Below the pieces are notes generated by a model. That model had not been told where the DNA came from. It saw nothing but the letters and a program-made list of their open reading frames with translations, and did not search any database. Source: an uncultured Methanoregulaceae archaeon (lineage in GTDB: Archaea > Halobacteriota > Methanomicrobia > Methanomicrobiales > Methanospirillaceae). Taken from it: a stretch of DNA of 64,000 nt. Shown piece after piece: positions 41,435 through 50,704 of this stretch. Location: NCBI GenBank assembly GCA_963841015.1, contig CAWJAX010000005.1, positions 96,001-160,000 of the forward strand. Reading direction: 5' to 3'. The translations under genes and the position numbers were made by a program. Numbering within the stretch: the first letter of the stretch is position 1; each line of letters opens with the position of its first letter.

Positions 41435-42968
41435 ATGGACATTGCGTATAGCATAAACGAGATCGAAACACAGGTTGGAAAACTGTCCCCCATGCAGAAA
41501 TTCCTTCTTGGCACCGATGGCTCGGTCACGCAGATTCTGGAAGCGATTACCGGGAAACCGGTTGTAATCGAAACCCGGGTACAAAAAATCGTAAAAGCCG
41601 ATCCTGCAACGGCAGAATTTCTCGGGATCGGGCAGGGAGAACCTGTTAATTATCGTGTAGTTGAGATCAAGACTCCTGCAAGCGGTGAAGTGTTGATCTA
41701 TGCAATATCTCATACACCTCTTGCCCGCCTCTCTCCGGAATTCAAAGATGACCTGATGAAAGCAGATGTTCCTATCGGGAGGATCATTCAGAATCACCGG
41801 ATTGAGGCTCGACGCGAGATCCTCAATACCCGGGTTTCTCCGGCATCAGAAGAAACGGGCAGGATATTTTCCCTCTGCAGCAAAGAACCGCTGCTCAGCC
41901 GGGCAGTACCGTATTATTCACGAGGGTAAACCGCTCATCTTTATTGAAGAGCAGTTTCCGTACAACAAGTTCCTCGATGAACGGAGGGTAATTGTTCAGA
42001 CACCGTCACGCCTGCATCTTACGCTCATCGATATGCATGGGGGTTCCGGGCGGGTGGACGGGGGTGTAGGAATCACTCTCGATGAACCAGGAATCCTTAT
42101 CGAAGTGCACCAAAGCGCTGTACTTGAAGTAAAGGGTTGTGACAGCATGACGCGGGAGCGTATTATGGATACCGCCCGTCAGGTCCTGAAAGGTTTACAT
42201 GCCGGGAGTAACGTATCCATAATGGTTCGGAATTACTACCCGTCACATGTCGGTCTTGGCAGTGGATCACAGCTCATGCTAGCAATTGCCCGGGGAATCG
42301 CTGAGATTTATGGCAGGGTGATTCCAGTAAAAGAACTTGCCCTTCTGGTCGGCCGCGGGGGCACATCCGGGATTGGAACTGCCGCGTTTGAACTCGGGGG
42401 TTTTATTGTTGATGGAGGGCACGCATTCGGACAATACCGCGAAAAATCAGAATTCCGGCCGTCCCGAGCGTCAAGGGGTGTGAGGGCCCCCCCCATTGTT
42501 GCACGCCACGATTTTCCTTCAGACTGGCGAATTTTGCTTGCAATACCCGATCTCCCTGCTGGTGCGAGTGGCACAGGAGAAACAGATATCTTCAGGAACC
42601 ACTGCCCGGTTCCTGTTGAGGAGGTGCGGGAACTCTGCCATGAGATTCTGATGCGGATGCTTCCCGGTATTGTACAAAAAGATCTCGACCTGTTTGGTTC
42701 ATCGGTCAATGCCATCCAGGAACTTGGATTCAAAAAGGTCGAACTCAGCCTGCAGCCACCAGAAATCCCCCGACTAATTGAAGGGCTGCGTTCAGCGGGC
42801 GCAGCATGTGCCGGAATGAGCTCATTTGGCCCTGCTGTCTATGCTATCGGTGATACAGATATGAGGGGAATTGAGCAGGCAGCCAGAACTTTCATGAGCG
42901 AACACCGCGGTGGATCAACCTTGATCACTTCTGGCCGGAACAAAGGGGCACAGGTCAGGATTGCGTAA
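41435..42968 (+). CDS. DUF98 (chorismate lyase-like) domain fused to beta-RFAP synthase (GHMP fold); extra G at 41901-41903
   Basis: LLGTDGSVTQILE, PIGRI; second half TPSRLH, GRVDGGVG, HVGLGSG, RGGTSGIG, SSFGP. Frames join as LLSRQYRII. Confidence 0.88.
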
Positions 42969-43019
42969 ATATCCGAAGAGGAAGGATGAAAAAATCCACC
43001 CGAAATGTCAGGAAAAAAA

Positions 43020-43529
43020 TTACAGCATCTTCTGCATCCAGACCATATCGAACGGCTCGCCGAATTTACTGCCTGCATTTTTCAACCTGCCCGCTTCGGT
43101 AAAACCGCACCGGGAATGAAATTGGATACTCGATCTGTTTTTTGAGGCCATATTTGCCACAAGTGAGGTCATGCCCATATTTTTCGCATCGTCAGTGAGC
43201 CTGTCGAGAAGTTTTTTCCCGAGATGTATGTGGGTATACTCCGGCTGGATAAAATAGGTCAGCATACCTGTTGTCATAAAAGCAGGAAACGGCATGAGCG
43301 GCTTCATTAATCCAAAACCCACAACCTGTGCTTCATGCTCAAGAACATAAAATCCAAGTGCCCCTTCATGTAAGAACGCAAAGAACCGGTCGTTGACGGG
43401 TATTTCAGGATATACAGCGTAACTGGTTGCAGCATAATAATTAAAAATCGCGAGGATAGCTTCGCGATCACTTTCACGGACTTCGCGGATGACCACTTCG
43501 TTGTGCCTGTGATGCTTCTCGTTTTTCAT
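43020..43529 (-). CDS. GNAT N-acetyltransferase (YncA/Pat-like)
   Basis: AILAIFNYY, LGKKLL, NRSSIQFHSRCGF...G.KFG. Confidence 0.88.
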   Translation of the reverse strand: MKNEKHHRHNEVVIREVRESDREAILAIFNYYAATSYAVYPEIPVNDRFFAFLHEGALGFYVLEHEAQVVGFGLMKPLMPFPAFMTTGMLTYFIQPEYTHIHLGKKLLDRLTDDAKNMGMTSLVANMASKNRSSIQFHSRCGFTEAGRLKNAGSKFGEPFDMVWMQKML

Positions 43530-43584
43530 AAAAAAACCCGGATTGACCTATAGTGATTGTTTTTTGTGTATTTTTTATTTATTC

Positions 43585-43793
43585 GGCTCTGTAGAATTCC
43601 TTTTCCATTGATATGAAATTCAAGATGCTGGTACGAATGAAGGAGGGGACAGTGCCTGTCCCCCCATGCCGCCCCTGCGCTGAGCGATGATGACGTTGCA
43701 CCTGTTCGGGAGTTATCGCATCGGGGGAGCCACAGCGGCGGGGGTGAAACCCCCTTGAGCGTTTAGCTTGTAATTGAGCATTTCTACAGAGCA
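43585..43793. mobile_element. 209-bp MITE with terminal inverted repeats and 8-bp target-site duplication
   Basis: GCTCTGTAGAA (43586-43596) and TTCTACAGAGC (43782-43792); ATTTATTC at 43577-43584 and 43794-43801; internal GC hairpins; no transposase. Confidence 0.8.
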
Positions 43794-43845
43794 ATTTATT
43801 CAGGATTTTGTTCTTTCAACCAGGGAGAGGAAAAACATGAGGTTA

Positions 43846-44359
43846 TTAGAAATAGACCCGCTTAAAGATTAGGCCGTTGTTGCCGGTCTCATCGGATAGT
43901 ATCATATCTTCACCTTTCACCCCGTAGAAGCTGAGAGTTTTTCAGGAGGGCGAAGTATTCCGATTCCTGTTCCATTACTCCCGGGGGTTCAGTGCAGTAG
44001 GTCATCGGGCTTCGTATATGGCTTATCGAAATATTTTTTTTACCGGCCTGCCACAATCCTGTGTAAGGGTTACAGCTGTCGAATCCACTGAAACTCCCGT
44101 TATTATGGAACGTCAGCTGGATACCTGTTAACCGGACCGGGACTTTGGGAGCTCCATTGATAATCAATGCTTTTGCATACCATGGCCCAATCAGGTCTGA
44201 AGGGTCATTCCCTGCCGGGGAAATTACATCCAGACCTGTTTGCAGAGTTTCTGTTGAATCGGATGTCTTTCCTGGTCCGTAATCTGTACAACCGGCCGCA
44301 AAGATGAATCCCGCCATCACCAGGGTGATTACCATGCCTGAACATCTCATACCATTCAT
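43846..44359 (-). CDS. META (HslJ-like) domain lipoprotein; extra base ~43933
   Basis: AAGC lipobox, FSGFDSCNPY, MTYC...MEQE..YF. Corrected end NSSFYGVKGEDMILSDETGNNGLIFKRVYF*. Confidence 0.85.
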
Positions 44360-44410
44360 CCAGTGTTTTTACTTCATTGATACTATGATTTCCACCATTG
44401 TTAAAAATGC

Positions 44411-45301
44411 TTATTTCCCGATTTTCACGAGCATCTCTTCTAAGGAGGGGTAGCGTGACTCGATCTTTTCCACTTTTCCTCCGGCTTCCACAACAAGCCC
44501 GGTATATTCGTTGAGCTCGCTTATGTTCTCTGCATCGCAGATGTAGAATCCTTCTTCCTTCCGGTAGGTTTTTGAATGCCCGATCAGTTTACCCGGGTCA
44601 TCTATCGAAAAGAAGATCGTATACGTCAATGAACCAAACTGGTCGCGAAGCTGATTCATGTTCCCAAAAGCAACCATTTTGCCACGTTTCAGGATCATCA
44701 CCTTATCACAGACTGCCTCCACCTGGTAGAGGTTATGTGCCGAGAGAACGATCGTTTTGCCATCCTTTTTAAGCGTACGGAGGTAATCGGCAATGAACCG
44801 TGATGTCATTGGATCAAGTCCGCTCGTCGCTTCATCATACACAAGAAATTTCGGATCATGGATAAGCGAGCGGGCGATTGCAACTTTCCGCTTCATACCC
44901 TTGCTGAATTCGCCGATTTTCTTCCCGTTGGGCTCAAGCGAAAGCGCGGCGAAAAGCTGGGTTGACCGGACCCGGATCTCCTGCGCAGACAACCCGTAAA
45001 TTTCACCGAAAAACGCGAGATAGTTCTCAGCAGTCATTGTTTCATACAGCCGTGACTCTTCGGGCAGGTAACCCAGAGTTTCCTTGAGGGTCATCGGGTT
45101 TTTCACCACATCCACATCGTTGATATACAGTTCGCCGGATGTTGGTGCGATCAGGCCGGAAATAATTTTGAGGAGCGTTGTCTTACCTGCGCCGTTATGC
45201 CCGATTATCCCGAAGATCTCGCCATCTTCAAAGGCAAAGCTCACATCGTCCAGTGCAGAAAAGGTGTCGAATTTTTTCGTCAGGTTACGGGCAGTAATCA
45301 T
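44411..45301 (-). CDS. ABC-2 exporter ATP-binding subunit
   Basis: GHNGAGKT, FSKGM, YDEATSGLD, SAH. Confidence 0.95.
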   Translation of the reverse strand: MITARNLTKKFDTFSALDDVSFAFEDGEIFGIIGHNGAGKTTLLKIISGLIAPTSGELYINDVDVVKNPMTLKETLGYLPEESRLYETMTAENYLAFFGEIYGLSAQEIRVRSTQLFAALSLEPNGKKIGEFSKGMKRKVAIARSLIHDPKFLVYDEATSGLDPMTSRFIADYLRTLKKDGKTIVLSAHNLYQVEAVCDKVMILKRGKMVAFGNMNQLRDQFGSLTYTIFFSIDDPGKLIGHSKTYRKEEGFYICDAENISELNEYTGLVVEAGGKVEKIESRYPSLEEMLVKIGK

Positions 45302-45636
45302 GAACAGTATCCTTGTCGATCAGACTTGCCCGGGGTGAAACATATACCTTGGGATTCGGGCAGTCCTTTCATGGTGATCCTGGTTGAAAAAGCAGGTTTC
45401 AATTCTGCAGGTACGTAAATTGCGAAGCGGAAATGACCATACTGGTAGGCGCTGGAAAAGGAAAGGTGCATGAAACCCAGTACTGGCAATACCGTGAAAG
45501 AAGGGAGACCTGCTATGTCAACACCGATGATTATTTGACCAATACCCTATAGAACTCTGTACTCACCCTTTACCCGCAGTGGTTCATACAATACCGTAAT
45601 GGCAGTAGTTACCGTCAACCAGAGAAAGGATTGATC

Positions 45637-47445
45637 ATGAGCACACTTACTGACATAGCCACCATCGCACGATGGGAAGTGAAAAAATCCTTCTCCATGA
45701 TGAGCCGGGACGTCCTGCCGGTATCTATTATCCTTTTTGTCCTGCTCATGCTGGTGACGGGTTTTTCCGCCCAGACCGGATTGCACCTGCAGGACGGAAT
45801 GTACGAAGTGGGCGTGGATGACCCCCAGATTGCCCAGCTTCTTGCCAGCGATGCACGGTTCTCTGTTTACCTGCTTGATACACCCCTCCTGAACGCAAAC
45901 AGGGACGCCTTTGATCTCATTATTGTGCAGGGTACCGTGTATAGCAGTGAGACTGACAAGGCTGATTCAGCACAAAAAACCCTCGAACGTGATTATGCGA
46001 AATATATCAATAGCATCTACAATACAGAAGATGATCTCTTTGCTGCATACCCGCTCTGGATCGACACCCAGAGTGTAAAAAGCGAACTCACCTTTTTAGC
46101 AACCCAGAGCGGACAGTATGTCAGTGCTGCCCCTCGCCGGATTGCTCCTGTCCCTGAAGGCGAAGTAAAAAATGTTCCCACTCCGTCACCGACACTCGCG
46201 ATCTCACAGGAAGAGCTGCGCCAGAAACTGGTCCAGTCGAATGCAAAGAATTCCCAGATCTCACGCTACACTGAGGTGCTGTCAACAACTGACAGCTCGA
46301 TGGGGGACTTCAAGACACCATCCCAGCTCTCCCCTCCTCTCCCTTTTGATTCCATCATCTTAGTCTTCATTTTTATCTTCCCGCTCTACTTTACCTCCCA
46401 GTTCTTCATGATGAGCATCATGAACGAGAGAATCGAGCGCAAGGGCGAGATCCTCCTCTCCACACCTCTCAGGTCATCGTCAATTATCATCGGTAAGGCA
46501 CTCCCGTATTTTATCGGTATGGTTGTCATATGCGCCGGACTTACCGTTTACATCAGGGCGTCAACGGTGATCATTCTTCCCCTCATCCCGGTCATTTTCT
46601 TCTTCCTGGCAAATGCTCTGCTTATCGGGATGCTCGCACGCAGTTTCAAAGAACTCTCGTTTCTATCGATCTTCTTCTCAACTGTTGCAACTTCCTACCT
46701 TTTCTTCCCGAGTATTTTTGCCAATGTCCACGTTATCAGCCTCATCTCCCCTCTCACTCTTATTGTCCTCACCATTCAGGGTTCTTCCTGGACGATCACC
46801 GACTATCTTTACTCTACTTCGCTTTTCTGGCTTACGGGTGCTGTAATCTTCTACATCACCGCAAGTAATTTTAAGGATGAACGACTCTTTTCCGAAAAGA
46901 GGCTTGTAACACGTCTGCGGGAATTCCTGTCAGAGATCCTGTCGCGGAATTATCCCTTCATTTCGCTCTTTTTACTCAGCGGCTTCTCTATCCCATTCGT
47001 CTTCATGGCTCAGATGATGTGCCTGGTACTCTTTTTTAACCTCCCCATGCCCTACTCGCTGGTGTTCCTGCTTTTGTTGTCGGCATTGATCGAGGAGCTT
47101 GCAAAGAGTGTGGGGATTTACACTATATTTGCCCGTGATCCTGAATTCCTTACGTGGAAAAACCTGTTCCTTGCCTGCGCAGCAACCGCAATCGGATTTC
47201 TGGTCGGGGAAAAACTGCTCCTCTTTGCCACAATCGCACAAATTTCAGACTCGGTCTTTGGCAGCATCCTCTTTTTATCACTGGGCTCTCTCTGGCTGCC
47301 ACTGCTCCTTCACTTTGTCTGTGTGCTTATTGTTGCCTGCTGCCTGAAAATCTGGGGGAAAAAAGGATATATTCCCGGCCTTGCCATCGCTGTGGTTGTG
47401 CACTGCCTGTATAATCTCTATTTCATTCTGGGGTGGATTGGATGA
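45637..47445 (+). CDS. ABC-2 permease with C-terminal PrsW-type intramembrane protease domain
   Basis: IARWE, ERIERKGEILLSTP; C-terminal EELAK, FLVGE, LLH, HCLYN. Confidence 0.82.
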   Translation: MSTLTDIATIARWEVKKSFSMMSRDVLPVSIILFVLLMLVTGFSAQTGLHLQDGMYEVGVDDPQIAQLLASDARFSVYLLDTPLLNANRDAFDLIIVQGTVYSSETDKADSAQKTLERDYAKYINSIYNTEDDLFAAYPLWIDTQSVKSELTFLATQSGQYVSAAPRRIAPVPEGEVKNVPTPSPTLAISQEELRQKLVQSNAKNSQISRYTEVLSTTDSSMGDFKTPSQLSPPLPFDSIILVFIFIFPLYFTSQFFMMSIMNERIERKGEILLSTPLRSSSIIIGKALPYFIGMVVICAGLTVYIRASTVIILPLIPVIFFFLANALLIGMLARSFKELSFLSIFFSTVATSYLFFPSIFANVHVISLISPLTLIVLTIQGSSWTITDYLYSTSLFWLTGAVIFYITASNFKDERLFSEKRLVTRLREFLSEILSRNYPFISLFLLSGFSIPFVFMAQMMCLVLFFNLPMPYSLVFLLLLSALIEELAKSVGIYTIFARDPEFLTWKNLFLACAATAIGFLVGEKLLLFATIAQISDSVFGSILFLSLGSLWLPLLLHFVCVLIVACCLKIWGKKGYIPGLAIAVVVHCLYNLYFILGWIG

Positions 47446-48521
47446 AACAAAAACATCTGACTATTATTGCAAAAAAGGAGTTCCGGGGGCTTTTAAACGA
47501 GAGGACGATCCTCCTTGCAGTCCTGCTCCAGCTCTTCATCGCCATGTTCTCATCATTCCTGATGGTAGGGCTTACGTCTATGTACGACCCGTCTTCGCTC
47601 TCGAAATATTCCAGTTCCCGGTACAGTATTGCCTATGCCGGGAATGAATCGCAATTACTCTCCAATCTCCAGGCAAGCAAGGATTTCCGTGTCTACCAGA
47701 TGGATCTTTCCACGGCTGTAGCAGCTCTCAAAGAACGCAAACTGGCCGCTGTTATCTATATGCCCGATACGCAGCCAGAGGCACAGGAGCCGGTCAAGAT
47801 AACACTCTATACCCTCCAAAATGATCTCCAGACTGCTATCGTCGAAGTAAAGCTCAGGGATATTTTCCTGAAATATGAACAGGAACTCCGGGAGATCCGT
47901 GCAGACCGGTTAAAGCAGGAAGTTGTCCAGGTTCAAATCCCAAAAACGAGCGGCAGCGGGGACTTCTACGAATTTGTGTATGGCCTGCTGATCCCTCTTC
48001 TTGTCTTCATGCCAGCGATCATCGCATCGGCACTTGTCATCGACCTGATCACAGAAGAATACCAGCACGAAACGCTGGAAACCCTTATCTCAACGCCGGT
48101 CACCTTTGTGGAGATTGTCTGGGGGAAAGTGATTGCCTGCGAGGTGCTCGTACCCATCCAGGCAGGTGCATGGCTGGTTCTCCTGATGATCAACGGTATC
48201 GTAATCCTGAATTCAGGACTGATCCTGCTCCAGGTTACCGTAACTTCGCTTATCCTGATCCTGCTTGGAGCTCTCACTGCACTGCACTACCGCGAACGTA
48301 CTGCTGCACAGTTCATCTTTTCCACGGCGCTGGTAGTTGTTATCCTGTTTGCCCTTGCTTTGCCATCAAATCCCCTTAACCTGCTGACACGACTCGCTAT
48401 AGGAACAGCTGGTGGGGAACAGTGGCTTGTGCTCGGTATTACAATGGCAATAGTTATTGTTCTCAGTTTTATAACGCAATGGTATGCAGATAAAATCGGG
48501 AAAACTCACCAGACAGGTTAA
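47442..48521 (+). CDS. ABC-2 permease
   Basis: IAKKEF, EEYQHETLETLISTP...IVWGK; ATGA overlap. Confidence 0.88.
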   Translation: MKQKHLTIIAKKEFRGLLNERTILLAVLLQLFIAMFSSFLMVGLTSMYDPSSLSKYSSSRYSIAYAGNESQLLSNLQASKDFRVYQMDLSTAVAALKERKLAAVIYMPDTQPEAQEPVKITLYTLQNDLQTAIVEVKLRDIFLKYEQELREIRADRLKQEVVQVQIPKTSGSGDFYEFVYGLLIPLLVFMPAIIASALVIDLITEEYQHETLETLISTPVTFVEIVWGKVIACEVLVPIQAGAWLVLLMINGIVILNSGLILLQVTVTSLILILLGALTALHYRERTAAQFIFSTALVVVILFALALPSNPLNLLTRLAIGTAGGEQWLVLGITMAIVIVLSFITQWYADKIGKTHQTG

Positions 48522-48546
48522 GATTGGAAAAAAATGAATGGATCTT

Positions 48547-49032
48547 TTAATAATAAGGCAACATAAGGGGTTTATCAAAAATCCTGTATGTTTTTCCTGA
48601 GCTCGTGAGGAAAACCACAACCTGGTCAGTGCCCCTGGTACCGGCAATAACCATCTCGTCGCCACGACGTGGTTTTCTTGTTTTGTCGTTTAAGTACTGC
48701 TCTTCAACCTGTCCATCAGAACGGGTAACCCGCATCATGATATTCTGGACGAACATCTCTCCTTCGCCGCCATTATAGAGCAGGTGGATAGTAGCGTCTG
48801 GACGCTGTTTTTCGACGTGGATATTAACATTTTGTCCTGCTGGCAGGGTTTCGACCGCAACCGGTGTTGATACCACGGTGGAAATAGAGGATGACGTGGG
48901 TGTGACCGTGGGGAGTGTGGGAACGGTCGTTTCCGGAGGTTTTATCTCTGCCTGCATCGGGCTGGTACAACCGGCAGAGAGCGCACAGAGCACAAGCCCG
49001 AGTGCGGCTACCAGAGTGAAGGTGTATTTCAT
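48547..49032 (-). CDS. Hypothetical lipoprotein
   Basis: LSAGC lipobox, T/P linker, YNGGEG domain. Confidence 0.75.
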   Translation of the reverse strand: MKYTFTLVAALGLVLCALSAGCTSPMQAEIKPPETTVPTLPTVTPTSSSISTVVSTPVAVETLPAGQNVNIHVEKQRPDATIHLLYNGGEGEMFVQNIMMRVTRSDGQVEEQYLNDKTRKPRRGDEMVIAGTRGTDQVVVFLTSSGKTYRIFDKPLMLPYY

Positions 49033-49224
49033 AAAGAAAGCTTAATTTTTTTTATATTTCTGATTTGCGCTCTTCAATCGTGCTGAATGGTGTTTACCCG
49101 AAAAAAAAGGATTTTTCTGGCAGTGCGCAGGTTTCGGGCAGGAAAAATGCATGAAATGACAGAAAAGAACAGTTAAATTAAAAAGGACACCCGGATTAAC
49201 TTTACATATCAGGAGTAAAAGGGA

Positions 49225-49833
49225 ATGTTCTGTCCGAAATGTGGAAAAGAGACTGATGCTTTAGGAAAATTCTGTCAATGGTGCGGGTCGGATATTGTGG
49301 CGAACCCGGTAACACCCATCGCCACTCCTGAAGAGGTGGAGGGGCCCGAAGTCGGGATATATGCCGGCCTTGGCAGGAGATTTATTGCCTGGATTGTTGA
49401 TACAATCCTCATTCTCCTTATCGGGATAATTGTAATTACATTTTTTTCCCTGACAAACGGGTTAAGATATGCATACTACCTCCTGGTTCAGCGGGCACCG
49501 ATCGATGCTCTTACAGAAGCAGGAACTGTCGATGCGGCTGTTTTTCCGATTATAACAGCGCTGGGTGTGCTCATCATTATCATTCCGTGGCTCTATTATG
49601 CCGGCTTTGAGTCTTCTCGCAGCCAGGCAACGCCAGGTAAACTGCTGATGCGTATCATGGTGACCGATCTCGAGGGGAACAAACCAACATTTGCACGGGC
49701 TACACTTCGTCAATTTGCAAAAATCATCTCCGTGCTGATCTTCTTTATTGGATTCCTTATGATCGGGCTTACCGAGAAACGACAGGGACTCCACGACAAA
49801 ATTGCAGGTTGTCTCGTGCTCCTGCAGGAATAA
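49225..49833 (+). CDS. Zinc-ribbon plus RDD-family membrane protein
   Basis: MFCPKCG...FCQWCG; YAGLGRRFIAWIVD, QATPGK, RQGLHDKIAG. Confidence 0.9.
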   Translation: MFCPKCGKETDALGKFCQWCGSDIVANPVTPIATPEEVEGPEVGIYAGLGRRFIAWIVDTILILLIGIIVITFFSLTNGLRYAYYLLVQRAPIDALTEAGTVDAAVFPIITALGVLIIIIPWLYYAGFESSRSQATPGKLLMRIMVTDLEGNKPTFARATLRQFAKIISVLIFFIGFLMIGLTEKRQGLHDKIAGCLVLLQE

Positions 49834-49901
49834 TAATCTCTTTTTTTTATGAATTTTTCTGATGCACCTGATTACAACCAGAGTGCAGAAAGAGAGAGAT
49901 A

Positions 49902-50156
49902 TTAACGGAATTTTATTTTCATCCAGAGTAAGAACAAGACGAGAAATAAGGTAATGATATTTGCCGCAATGATAGGAAAGGAGTTGATCCAGATCCCATA
50001 TGCTGTCCACAAAAGCATCCCTGCTGCAAAGAGGAGGAGCATAGCAAGCGAGAAATCCTTGGTCTCTTTGAGTTTCCAGGTACGGATCACCTGCGGGACA
50101 AATGAGATAGTAGTGAGGGTTCCGGCAAGGTAGCCGACAAGAACAACGATATCCAT
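49902..50156 (-). CDS. SemiSWEET / PQ-loop transporter
   Basis: TTISFVPQV, TKDFS, LWTAYG, PIIAAN. Confidence 0.9.
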   Translation of the reverse strand: MDIVVLVGYLAGTLTTISFVPQVIRTWKLKETKDFSLAMLLLFAAGMLLWTAYGIWINSFPIIAANIITLFLVLFLLWMKIKFR

Positions 50157-50371
50157 AGAATTTCTCCACTATATTTATTTCTGTAATAATTTAAAACGGC
50201 GGGAGAATCGTTCGGACAGGAACCGGTTCATAGTCTGGATATTTTTTTTTACTTCGGGCCTGCGTATAGTATTTTGCATTGTAGTTCTCCAACTCAAACA
50301 AGGGGATATGAAGGGAAAAACTGAGCATGTGAGCAGGGTGAAAGTGAAAGAAAGACATAGAGAAAAGAAAA

Positions 50372-50444
50372 GGCCAGGGCCGAGATTCGAACCCGGGTCG
50401 GAGGATCCACAGTCCTCTAGGATAACCAACTACCCCACCCTGGC
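50372..50444 (-). tRNA. tRNA-His(GTG), no encoded G-1
   Basis: GCCAGGG acceptor stem, GAGGA-CT-GTG-GA-TCCTC anticodon arm, GGTTCGAATC, discriminator C; base -1 is T. Confidence 0.95.
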
Positions 50445-50704
50445 AAATGTCCCTTTTACATTTGCACCGGACTCTGATTAATGTATCCTTGCAGATCCAT
50501 CGCCGGAAGGGGATACCAGGGTTCATTTGTGAAGGAACAGCAACCAAGGATGATAAGTGATTATTAATAGGGTCAGGTGTCCATTACATATCAGGTGGCT
50601 CTGAACACAATTCCTGGAAATTGAGGCGCGGCACATCAGGTGATTGTGCACCGGGAATTGGGTATTTTTCTTCTGAATCAGAGCGGGAACGAGGGTCTTG
50701 GAAT

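Noticed and set aside
45298-45552. Short ORFs in the ABC divergent intergenic region
   Set aside because: No convincing start/SD combination or recognisable domain.
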